A DNA stretch of 64,000 bases from an uncultured Desulfobacteraceae bacterium (GTDB lineage Bacteria > Desulfobacterota > Desulfobacteria > Desulfobacterales > JALSRD01): contig CAYZCL010000133.1 of NCBI GenBank assembly GCA_964476595.1, positions 179 to 64,178 on the forward strand. Direction: 5' to 3'. The notes under the pieces were generated by a model that worked only from the letters and a program-made list of their open reading frames with translations, was not told the DNA's origin and made no database searches. Below are positions 55,677 through 64,000 of the stretch, piece after piece. Position 1 is the stretch's first letter; the number at the start of each line of letters is the position of its first letter. Made by a program: the position numbers and the translations under genes.

Positions 55677-56120
55677 ATGTGTGAAAGCTTTCGTAAAACG
55701 TGTTATTGTGGACGCCGAACGGCGGAGATTTTCTTCGGCAAGATGGCCCTGGACGAACAGAGCGTGGAAGCGGTCTACTGCCCGGAGTGCAGCCGCAACA
55801 TCGCCACCGATCCCGAAAGCCGCGTGTGGGACAACGGCTGGGTGCTGGAGCTGGACATGGACGTGGTCCGCACGCGCGCTACGGTCATGGGAGTCCCGCC
55901 GGACGAACTGACCGCCGAGTGGGTCTTCGATCACGGCTACGCCACCTGGGTGGGCATTACCCCGGACGAATCCGAGCAGCGCAACCGCGAACGCGCCGAG
56001 ATCCAGAAGCTTGCCAAAACCGACCTGCTGGCGTATTACAACGCCATGAAGCAGTGGGGCGCCGACCGCGAGGAGCGTTTCGTCCGGGAAGGCTGGCGCA
56101 AAACGAGGATCTGGCAGTAG
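55677..56120 (+). CDS. hypothetical protein with CxC...CPEC zinc-ribbon-like N-terminus
   Basis: 147 aa with high-GC3 codon usage. No family recognised. Confidence 0.55.
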   Translation: MCESFRKTCYCGRRTAEIFFGKMALDEQSVEAVYCPECSRNIATDPESRVWDNGWVLELDMDVVRTRATVMGVPPDELTAEWVFDHGYATWVGITPDESEQRNRERAEIQKLAKTDLLAYYNAMKQWGADREERFVREGWRKTRIWQ

Positions 56121-56772
56121 ACGGTGTCCATCGTCGCGGAACCGCGCCGTCCGCGCAAACGCATTCAGAAATCATCACATCTTGTCGGGGCCGGGATTCT
56201 TCAAAACGGCTGTTCACCGCCGGGAATCGTTCTGGTCGTCATCCTCATCGGCGGGGTGCTGCTGTGGGGGGCTTCAAGGTACAACTGTCCGGGTTCACCC
56301 TTCGCGTTCACGGCCTGACCAACCGATCCTCATCCTGACCCTGCTGCGCTCATCGTTGCGGGTCTGTCTCCTCTCGATCGAGGCCGGCATGCGCGTGGTT
56401 TCGGTGGCCATGCACCGTAAGTCGGTGGCCGGGCTGCCCCGGCACCCGCTGGGAAGTTCATCAACGCGGCGGTCCCCGGCGACAACACCGACATGGAAGC
56501 AGCCACCCTCGAGCGGCTGCTGCTGTCCCAGGCCCTGAACCGGATGGTCATCGACCACGTGGGAAACGACCAGGACCTGCCGAATCTTCTGCAGAAACAG
56601 ATCTCGCCCCAGCCCCTGAAGCGCCCTTTCCTGCTGGACTTCGCCCGGACCAAAATCGACGGCCTGCCCTGACGCGGGCTGAGCCGCCTGGTGGACGCCC
56701 CGCGCGACCCTTTCCGCCAGTCTTTCGCCGGTGACCCGGCCAAGGTGTCGTCCCTGCCGAAAACATCAAGCG

Positions 56773-57567
56773 TCACTTCAAAAAATCACGCATAACCCTG
56801 CAAAACGTATCGGGCGCATCGACATGCACGAAATGACCGGCATCCGGCACCACGACAATTCGCAAGTTCGGAAAGAGGCGCCGCATGCGTTGACCGTCCG
56901 CGGCCGTGACATAGTCGGAAAGCCCGCCGACGACCAGGAGCATGGGATGCGGCAGCCTTTCGCCCGGTGCGACCTCGGCGTAGATCCCGCTGCGGTTGGC
57001 GTCGATGCCGTCCAAGCCGATGCGCCAGGCGAGCCGTCCGTCGGGACCGCGCACCAGGTTCTTGGCCAGGAAGCGCCGCGTCATCAGGCAGGGGACGCGA
57101 TCGGCCAGCGCGGCCACCACCGCGGCGCGATCGGTGTAGGCCGCCGGGTCCAGTCCGGCCACGGCGTCGAAAAGCGTGTCCAGCGCCGGCGGGTAACGCC
57201 GCGGCGCCATGTCCACCACCACCAACCGCGCGAGCCGCGCGGGAAAATCGGCAGCGAACTGCATGGCCACCTTGCCGCCCATGGAGTGCCCCACCAGGTG
57301 CACCCGCGCCAGGCCCCTGGCGTCCAGGAAAGCCGCCACGTCCGCCGCCATCGCGGGGTAGTTGAATTCCGGGCTGTGGAAGGAGCCGCCGTGGTTGCGC
57401 AGGTCCACGGCGTACACGGCGAAGTCCCGCGCCAGGCGCCGGGCGACCCCCAGCCAGCTGCTCAGCGAAGCGAACAGGCCGTGGAGGAGCACCAACGGCG
57501 GCCCGGAGCCGGCGTGCCAGCTGTTGAGAACCGGATGTTCAGCCTCTCTCACCGACCCGGCCTCCAA
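56773..57567 (-). CDS. alpha/beta hydrolase (YbfF-like esterase)
   Basis: 264 aa with ..LVLLHGLF.., GHSMGG and ..DAGHFVH... Confidence 0.85.
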   Translation of the reverse strand: MEAGSVREAEHPVLNSWHAGSGPPLVLLHGLFASLSSWLGVARRLARDFAVYAVDLRNHGGSFHSPEFNYPAMAADVAAFLDARGLARVHLVGHSMGGKVAMQFAADFPARLARLVVVDMAPRRYPPALDTLFDAVAGLDPAAYTDRAAVVAALADRVPCLMTRRFLAKNLVRGPDGRLAWRIGLDGIDANRSGIYAEVAPGERLPHPMLLVVGGLSDYVTAADGQRMRRLFPNLRIVVVPDAGHFVHVDAPDTFCRVMRDFLK

Positions 57568-57752
57568 ACATCGATATAGCTTGATTTCAAAGTCTTACAG
57601 GATAAACCTGAAGCGCGGCCAAAAACCAGCCATCCCCGGCCGGCGACCTCCCGCCGGCACGGCGCCGGGGACCGCTGGTGCCGTTCCCCGGCCGGCGCCT
57701 TTCGCCTTGACATCACTTTCGGCTGTAGTATGGTTGAATCACTGCCCATTGC

Positions 57753-57778
57753 CGCCCCGTGCCGGGGCGCGTGTTTTC
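57753..57778 (+). terminator. terminator-like hairpin in the hutU leader
   Basis: CGCCCCG-UGC-CGGGGCG is a 7-bp GC stem followed by CGUGUUUUC. It lies between a TTGACA-16-TATGGT promoter-like element (57707-57734) and the hutU ATG. Confidence 0.3.
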
Positions 57779-57831
57779 GACCGGACGACCGCCCGGCTTT
57801 TCCATTTCAACCATCACCCGGGGGTGACGAA

Positions 57832-59904
57832 ATGATTGCCAATCAGGACATCGCCCAGGCCATGACCGTGCGCCTGGATGAGATCTTTCCCAAACTGCCG
57901 CGCCGGCCGGCCTTTGTCAAGGGCATCCGCCGGGCGCCCCACCGGGACTTCTCGCTTTCGCGGGAGGAGACCGTGCTGGCGCTCAAGAACGCCCTACGCT
58001 ACGTTCCCGAGAAGTGGCAAGCCCGCCTGGCGCCCGAGTTCCTGGACGAGCTGCTGACCACCGGCCGCATCTACGGCTACCGCTTCCGGCCGACCGGCAA
58101 CATCAAGGCCCGCCCCGTCCAGCGCTACCGCGGCAACTGCCTGGAGGGGCGCGCTTTTCAGGTGATGATCGACAACAACCTGGATTTCGACGTGGCGCTC
58201 TACCCCTACGAACTGGTGACCTACGGCGAAACCGGACAGGTCTGCCAGAACTGGATGCAGTACCAGCTCATCCGGCGCTACCTGCAGATCATGAGCCGCG
58301 ACCAGACCCTGGCCGTGGCCTCCGGGCACCCGCTGGGGCTCTTCGAATCGGCACCCGAGGCGCCGCGGGTGATCATCACCAACGCCCTCATGGTGGGCAT
58401 GTTCGACGACCAGGAAAACTGGAACCGCGCCATGTCGCTGGGCGTGGCCAACTACGGCCAGATGACCGCCGGCGGATGGATGTATATCGGCCCTCAGGGC
58501 ATCGTGCACGGCACCTACAGCACGCTGCTCAACGCCGGGCGCTCCATCCTGGGCATCCCGGCCGACCGGGACCTCTCCGGCCACCTGTTCGTGTCCTCGG
58601 GCCTGGGCGGCATGAGCGGCGCCCAGGGCAAGGCGGTGGTCATCGCCGGCGGCGTGGGCGTCATCGCCGAGGTGGACGAATCGCGCATCCAGACGCGCCT
58701 GGACCAGGGCTGGGTGGACCGCGTGGAAAAAGATCCGGCCAAGGCCTTCGCGGCCGCCCACGCGCTGCGCGAGGCCGGCAAGGCGGCGGCCATCGCTTTT
58801 CACGGCAACATCGTGGACCTGCTGGCCTACGCCGCCGGGCACCAGGTGCCCATCGACCTGCTGTCCGACCAGACCTCGTGCCACGCGGTCTACGACGGCG
58901 GCTACTGTCCCCAGGGACTGACTTTCGCCCAGCGCACGCGGCTGCTCCAGCGTGATCCCGAAAAATTCCGCCGCCTGGTGGACGAATCCCTGCGGCGGCA
59001 CATCGCACTCATCCGCGAGCTGGTGGACCAGGGCGCCTACTTTTTCGACTACGGCAACAGTTTTCTCAAGGCGGTCTACGACGCCGGCGTGCGCGAGATC
59101 TGCAAAAACGGTAAAAACGCCCTGGACGGATTCATCTATCCCTCCTACGTGGAGCACATCATGGGCCCGGTCATGTTCGACTACGGCTACGGCCCGTTCC
59201 GCTGGGTGTGCCTGAGCGGCAAGAAGTCCGACTTGGCCAAAACCGACCGCGCCGCCATGGCCTGCATCGACCCCGCGCGGCGCTTCCAGGACCGCGACAA
59301 CTACGAGTGGATCAAAAACGCGGGCAGGAACCGCCTGGTGGTGGGCACCCAGGCGCGCATCCTTTACCAGGACGCCGAGGGCCGCGTGCGCATCGCGCTC
59401 AAGTTCAACGAGATGGTGCGCCGCGGCGAAATCGGCCCCGTCATGTTGGGCCGCGACCACCACGACACCGGCGGCACGGATTCGCCCTTCCGCGAAACGG
59501 CCAACATCCGCGACGGCAGCAACATCATGGCCGACATGGCCACCCACTGCTTCGCCGGCAACGCCGCCCGCGGCATGAGCCTGGTGGCGCTGCACAACGG
59601 CGGCGGCGTGGGCATCGGCAAGGCCATCAACGGCGGCTTCGGTCTGGTGCTGGACGGCAGCCGGCGGGTGGACGCCATCATCGCGCGCGCCATGGCCTGG
59701 GACGTCATGGGCGGCGTGGCCCGCCGCGCCTGGGCGCGCAACGAGAACGCCATGGAGACCGTCATCGACTACAACAACCGGCGCCGGGGCCGCGACCACA
59801 TCACCCTGCCCTTCGTCCCCGACGAGGACATGGTCACCTCGCTGGTGGCTGGCGCCTGGAAAAAATCGCCGGGCCGCACCGGCCGCGGGAGAAAGAAAAA
59901 ATGA
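57832..59904 (+). CDS. hutU: urocanate hydratase (long form)
   Basis: 690 aa from the ATG at 57832, with ..YELVTYGETGQVCQNWMQY.., ..GQMTAGGWMYIGPQGIVHGT.. and ..GRDHHDTGGTDSPFRETANI... Confidence 0.9.
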   Translation: MIANQDIAQAMTVRLDEIFPKLPRRPAFVKGIRRAPHRDFSLSREETVLALKNALRYVPEKWQARLAPEFLDELLTTGRIYGYRFRPTGNIKARPVQRYRGNCLEGRAFQVMIDNNLDFDVALYPYELVTYGETGQVCQNWMQYQLIRRYLQIMSRDQTLAVASGHPLGLFESAPEAPRVIITNALMVGMFDDQENWNRAMSLGVANYGQMTAGGWMYIGPQGIVHGTYSTLLNAGRSILGIPADRDLSGHLFVSSGLGGMSGAQGKAVVIAGGVGVIAEVDESRIQTRLDQGWVDRVEKDPAKAFAAAHALREAGKAAAIAFHGNIVDLLAYAAGHQVPIDLLSDQTSCHAVYDGGYCPQGLTFAQRTRLLQRDPEKFRRLVDESLRRHIALIRELVDQGAYFFDYGNSFLKAVYDAGVREICKNGKNALDGFIYPSYVEHIMGPVMFDYGYGPFRWVCLSGKKSDLAKTDRAAMACIDPARRFQDRDNYEWIKNAGRNRLVVGTQARILYQDAEGRVRIALKFNEMVRRGEIGPVMLGRDHHDTGGTDSPFRETANIRDGSNIMADMATHCFAGNAARGMSLVALHNGGGVGIGKAINGGFGLVLDGSRRVDAIIARAMAWDVMGGVARRAWARNENAMETVIDYNNRRRGRDHITLPFVPDEDMVTSLVAGAWKKSPGRTGRGRKKK

Positions 59905-60797
59905 AGCGAATCGTCGAGTGCGTACCCAATTTCAGCGAAGGCCGTGACCCGGCCGTCATCTCCAGGATCGTGGGGCCCTTCCGGGGCAAGGCGGACGTCA
60001 AGCTGCTGGACTACCAGCGCGACGAGGACCACAACCGCCTGGTGGTCACCGTGGTGGGGGAACCCGAACCCCTCAAGGAGACCGTCATCGCGGCCATCGG
60101 GGCCGCCGTGGAGGTCATCGACATGCGCCGCCACCGCGGCCAGCACCCGCGCATGGGCGCCGCCGACGTGGTGCCCTTCATTCCCATCCGGGGGGTCACC
60201 ATGGAAGAGGCCGTGGCGCTCTCCCGTGAGGTGGCCCAGGCCGTGGCCCAGCGCTACGACCTGCCCGTCTTCCTCTACGAACAGTCGGCCACCGCGCCCC
60301 ACCGCCGGAACCTGGCGGCCGTGCGCAAGGGCGAGTTCGAGGGCATGGCCGAAAAACTGCAGCAGCCCGAGTGGCAGCCGGACTTCGGGCCGACCACGGT
60401 GCACCCCACGGCCGGCGTCACCGCCATCGGCGCGCGCATGCCGCTGGTGGCCTTCAACGTCAACCTGAACACCGACCGCCTGGAGATCGCCCAGGACATC
60501 GCCAGGAACGTGCGCCACCTCTCCGGCGGCCTGCGCTACTGCAAGGCCCTGGGAATCGAACTCAAGGACCGCGGCATGGTGCAGGTGTCGATGAACATGA
60601 CCGACTACACCCGCACGGCGCTCTACCGCGTGGTGGAGCTCATCCGCGCCGAGGCGCGCCGTTACGGCGTGACCATCGCCGGCAGCGAGATCATCGGGCT
60701 GGTGCCCATGGAGGCCCTGGTGGACTCGGCCGCCTACTACCTGGGCCTGGAGGGTTTTTCCATGGACCAGGTGCTGGAAAACCGGCTCATGGAGTAG
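59901..60797 (+). CDS. ftcD: glutamate formimidoyltransferase
   Basis: 298 aa starting MKRIVECVPNFSEGRD, the family signature. ATGA overlap with hutU. Confidence 0.9.
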   Translation: MKRIVECVPNFSEGRDPAVISRIVGPFRGKADVKLLDYQRDEDHNRLVVTVVGEPEPLKETVIAAIGAAVEVIDMRRHRGQHPRMGAADVVPFIPIRGVTMEEAVALSREVAQAVAQRYDLPVFLYEQSATAPHRRNLAAVRKGEFEGMAEKLQQPEWQPDFGPTTVHPTAGVTAIGARMPLVAFNVNLNTDRLEIAQDIARNVRHLSGGLRYCKALGIELKDRGMVQVSMNMTDYTRTALYRVVELIRAEARRYGVTIAGSEIIGLVPMEALVDSAAYYLGLEGFSMDQVLENRLME

Positions 60798-60808
60798 GAG
60801 ACAATAAT

Positions 60809-61426
60809 ATGCTTTCAGATCTGACGGTTACCGGATTTTCGGAAAGAACCGCTTCAGGCGATCCGCTGCCCGGCGGCGGCTCGGTTTCGGCCCTGGCCGC
60901 GGCCTTGGCCGCGGCCCTGGCCGAGATGGTGGCCAACCTCACCGTGGGCCGCAAGAAATTCGCGCGGCACGAGGACGCCATGCTGGCCCTGCGCGACGAG
61001 GCCGCCCGGCTGCGCTCCGCCATGCTGGCCTGCATCGACCGAGACGCCGAGGCCTACCAGCAGGTGCTGTCGGCCTTCCGCCTGCCCAAAGACGACGATG
61101 CCCAGAAAGCCCGCCGCAGGGAGGCCATCCAGGAGGGCTTCAAGCAGGCCGCGCGGGTGCCGCTGTCCGTGGCCGCCGACGCCCTGCGGATCCTCGAACT
61201 GGCCCTGGAGGCCGTGTCGCGGGGCAACCCCAACGCTTTCAGCGACGGCGTGGTGGCGGCCCTGATGGCCAGGAGCGCCGTGCTGGGCGCCCTGAGCAAC
61301 GTCAAGATCAACCTGGAGGCCATCGAGGACCCGGCTTTCGTGGATGACTTCACCGGCCGCGCCCGGGAGATCCGGCAAAAGCTGGAGGCCGCCGAACCGC
61401 AGCTGCAGTCCCTGCTCCCCTTCTGA
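60809..61426 (+). CDS. formiminotetrahydrofolate cyclodeaminase-family protein
   Basis: 205 aa with ..PLPGGGSVSALAAALAAALAEMVANLT... Confidence 0.85.
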   Translation: MLSDLTVTGFSERTASGDPLPGGGSVSALAAALAAALAEMVANLTVGRKKFARHEDAMLALRDEAARLRSAMLACIDRDAEAYQQVLSAFRLPKDDDAQKARRREAIQEGFKQAARVPLSVAADALRILELALEAVSRGNPNAFSDGVVAALMARSAVLGALSNVKINLEAIEDPAFVDDFTGRAREIRQKLEAAEPQLQSLLPF

Positions 61427-61430
61427 ATTC

Positions 61431-62297
61431 ATGCACCTGTTTCTCGAGCAGCTTCTGAACGGCGTCGCCCAGGGGGCCATCTACGCCCTGGTCACCCTGG
61501 GCCTGACCCTGGTGTACGGCATCCTGCGGGTGCTGCACGTGGCCCATGCCGCGGTCTACACCGTGGGCGCCTACCTCGGGCTGCTGGTCTTCAACACCAC
61601 CGGCAGCCTGGCGCTGGCTTTCGCGGGGGCCATGGCGGGCTGCGCTCTGCTGGGGGTGCTTATCGAGCGCCTCGTCTATTTCCCGCTGCTCAAGTACCCC
61701 CCCTACGTGCCGCTGATCGGCAGCATCGCCGTGATGCTCTCCATCGAAGAGCTGCTGCGCCTGGTGGCCGGACCGTACATCCTCACTTTCCCGGCCAGGC
61801 TGCCGCTGCCCGCGGTGAACGTGGGCGGTTTCCAGGTCTCGTCGACCCTCATGGCGGTGTACGTCATCACTACCTTAGTGCTGGCGGTGCTGTGGTTCAT
61901 CACCAGCCGCACCGAGACGGGGTTGGCCATGCGGGCGGCCTCCCAGGACATGCCGGTGGCCGACGCCATGGGCATCGACAGCCACTTCATCGTCAGCCTG
62001 ACCTTCGTGCTGGGCTCGGCCATCGCGGCCGTGGCCGGCGTGCTGGTGGGCATCTACTACAACCAGGTCTACCCCACCATGGGAAGCGTGCCGGCGTACA
62101 AGACGCTGGCCATCATCGTGGTGGGCGGCATGGGATCGGTGTCCGGCGCCGTGATCGCCTCGCTGCTGCTGGGCATCGCCGAGACCCTGCTGATCGGATA
62201 CGCCAACATCCCCCTGCCCCGCGATGCGCTGGCTTTCATCGCCATGATCGCCGTGCTCATGTGGCGCCGCGAGGGGCTGATGGGGTCGGGAAGATGA
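61431..62297 (+). CDS. livH: branched-chain amino acid ABC permease (LivH-type)
   Basis: 288 aa with ..LLNGVAQGAIYALVTLGLTLVYG.. and ..IIVVGGMGSVSGA... Confidence 0.85.
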   Translation: MHLFLEQLLNGVAQGAIYALVTLGLTLVYGILRVLHVAHAAVYTVGAYLGLLVFNTTGSLALAFAGAMAGCALLGVLIERLVYFPLLKYPPYVPLIGSIAVMLSIEELLRLVAGPYILTFPARLPLPAVNVGGFQVSSTLMAVYVITTLVLAVLWFITSRTETGLAMRAASQDMPVADAMGIDSHFIVSLTFVLGSAIAAVAGVLVGIYYNQVYPTMGSVPAYKTLAIIVVGGMGSVSGAVIASLLLGIAETLLIGYANIPLPRDALAFIAMIAVLMWRREGLMGSGR

Positions 62298-62325
62298 AAA
62301 ACACCGTGCGGAGGAAAGACGCCCC

Positions 62326-63210
62326 GTGAGCGCCTACGTGATCACCATCGCCACCCTGATCGTCATCTACGCCATCGTGGTCTGCGGGCTCAACGTCATC
62401 GTGGGCTACGCCGGGCAGATCTCCCTGGGCCACGCCGCCTTTTTCGGTATCGGGGCCTACACGGCGGCCCTGCTGGCCACCAAGGGGCACTTCTCCTTCT
62501 GGGGCGCCCTGCCCCTGGTGATTCTCATCAGCGGGCTGGTGGGGCTGCTGCTGGGGCTGCCCAGCCTGCGGGTGCGCGACGACTTCCTGGCCATCACCAC
62601 CATCGGCATCAACTTCATCGTGGAGGCCGTCTTCCTCTACATTCCCTTCTTCGGAGGCGCCCTGGGCATCGGCGGCATCCCGCGCGTGGCGCTGCTGGGC
62701 GTCAAGCTCAAGGGAGCCGCTTTCCTGCTGCTGTGCCTCTTGTTCCTGGCGGTGGTGCTGCTGGTGTGCTGGTGGTTCACGCGCAGCTGGGCCGGCCTGG
62801 CCTGCTTCGCCCTGCGCGAGGAGGAGGCCGCGGCGGCCAGCATGGGCATCTCGCCGGTGCGCTTCAAGCTGACGGCCTTCGTACTGGGCACCTGCATGGC
62901 GGGACTGGGCGGGGCCCTGTACGCCCACTACATGCGTTTCATCAGCGCCACGGACTTCTCTTTCCCGGTCTCCATCACCCTGCTGGCCATGCTGGTCATC
63001 GGCGGCATGGGCAACCTGTGGGCGCCGCTGCTGGGCGCCGTCATCCTGGGGGTGCTGCCCGAGCTGTTCCGTCCCATCGTGGACTACCGCATGCTCTTTT
63101 ACACGGCCCTGCTGCTGCTGATGATCCGCTTTCAGCCCGGCGGCCTGCTGGGCGAGGGCAGTTTCCTGCGGCGGAGGCTTCGCGTGAAGCCCGCGGAGGC
63201 CCCGGCATGA
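62326..63210 (+). CDS. livM: branched-chain amino acid ABC permease (LivM-type)
   Basis: 294 aa, GTG start, with ..GYAGQISLGHAAFFGIGAY... Confidence 0.85.
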   Translation: MSAYVITIATLIVIYAIVVCGLNVIVGYAGQISLGHAAFFGIGAYTAALLATKGHFSFWGALPLVILISGLVGLLLGLPSLRVRDDFLAITTIGINFIVEAVFLYIPFFGGALGIGGIPRVALLGVKLKGAAFLLLCLLFLAVVLLVCWWFTRSWAGLACFALREEEAAAASMGISPVRFKLTAFVLGTCMAGLGGALYAHYMRFISATDFSFPVSITLLAMLVIGGMGNLWAPLLGAVILGVLPELFRPIVDYRMLFYTALLLLMIRFQPGGLLGEGSFLRRRLRVKPAEAPA

Positions 63211-63974
63211 GCGCGCCGTTGCTGGAGATCACGGGCCTGTCCAAGACCTTCGGCGGGCTCAGGGCCGTGGACAACGTGGACATGACCCTCCACCCCGGCG
63301 AGATCCTGGGCCTGCTGGGCCCCAACGGCGCCGGCAAGACCGTCTGCTTCAACCTGATCTGCGGCGTCTACCGGCCCTCGGCGGGCCGCATCCGCTTCGA
63401 CGGCCGGCGCATCGACGGCCTGGCGCCTCACGAGGTGGCCGCCCGTGGCATCGGCCGCACCTTCCAGATCGTCAAGCCCTTCGCCGCCCTGAGCGTGCTG
63501 GAAAACGTGCTGGTAGCCCGCGGCATCCGCCGCTACGGACGTTTTTCGCGCATGTGGGGCAGCTGGCGCGGACACGGTGACAAAGAGGCCGCCATGGCGC
63601 TGCTCGAACGCGTGGGCCTGGCGGACCTGGCCGGGAGGAAGGCCGGCCTGCTGCCCCTGGGCAACCTGCGGCGCCTGGAAATCGCCCGCGCCCTGGCCGT
63701 GGGCAGCCGTCTGGTGCTGCTGGACGAGTCCTTCTCCGGCCTGCGCCACGGGGAGATCGCCCGCCTGGAAGCCCTGGTACGGCGCATCCGCGAAGACGGC
63801 GTGACCATCCTACTCATCGAGCACAACATGCGCGTCACCATGAGCCTGTGCGACCGCATCGTGGTGCTGGACCACGGCCGCCGCATCGCCGAGGGCACCC
63901 CGGCCGAAATCCAGCACGACCCGGCGGTCATCGAGGCCTACCTGGGAACCAGGGGGAAGCGCCATGCTGCTTGA
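63207..63974 (+). CDS. livG: ABC ATP-binding protein (LivG-type)
   Basis: GPNGAGKT and LLDE. ATGA overlap with the upstream permease gene. Confidence 0.9.
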   Translation: MSAPLLEITGLSKTFGGLRAVDNVDMTLHPGEILGLLGPNGAGKTVCFNLICGVYRPSAGRIRFDGRRIDGLAPHEVAARGIGRTFQIVKPFAALSVLENVLVARGIRRYGRFSRMWGSWRGHGDKEAAMALLERVGLADLAGRKAGLLPLGNLRRLEIARALAVGSRLVLLDESFSGLRHGEIARLEALVRRIREDGVTILLIEHNMRVTMSLCDRIVVLDHGRRIAEGTPAEIQHDPAVIEAYLGTRGKRHAA

Positions 63975-64000
63975 AGCCCGTGACCTGCACGTGGTCTACG
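63964..64000 (+). CDS. livF: ABC ATP-binding protein (LivF-type), 5' end only
   Basis: MLLEARDLHVVY... overlaps the livG stop and runs off the window. Confidence 0.6.
   Translation, partial: MLLEARDLHVVY

Overview
High-G+C (about 65% by eye) chromosomal segment whose gene content looks like an anaerobic Desulfobacterota-type bacterium; this taxon call is inferred, not tested. All family calls come from reading motifs in the translations, with no database search. I support about 65 protein-coding genes and saw no tRNA, rRNA or CRISPR array.

Gene content, left to right:
- A PNPOx-like protein, an MBL hydrolase, recX and an Fe-S/DUF3786 protein.
- A seven-gene thiamine salvage operon (thiM-thiE-thiL-thiD plus a ThiXYZ-like ABC importer) behind a clear TPP riboswitch with its own terminator.
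- marR-hgcA-hgcB, the corrinoid-protein plus ferredoxin pair known to methylate Hg(II). This is the most important system in the window.
- A 2.4-kb lower-G+C islet with toxin-antitoxin genes, inserted at the hgcB 3' end. It is bounded by 214-bp direct repeats of that 3' end.
- An ArsR-controlled P1B-type ATPase.
- An ECF sigma / anti-sigma cluster ending in a secreted protein with a GDMGGH-repeat tail.
- usp with an SLC13 transporter, then metW-metX-metY.
- An SQR-like flavoprotein with DUF1641.
- A FmdE / molybdopterin-binding / ModE-like cluster.
- A TauE-rhodanese-MauE block next to an ArsR-controlled ArsP/SO_0444-type permease. This permease has an in-frame UGA exactly where the family has the first Cys of its CSC motif, so it is a candidate selenoprotein.
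- A Cache-HAMP-PP2C phosphatase.
- An 8.8-kb low-G+C island bounded by IS debris. It carries a Liv-type ABC importer whose LivM permease is fused to an alpha/beta hydrolase.
- A sigma-54 activator with a textbook -24/-12 promoter in front of a porin gene.
- hutU-ftcD-cyclodeaminase followed by a second Liv-type ABC transporter.

Many very long antisense ORFs in the track are G+C-driven shadows and were rejected.
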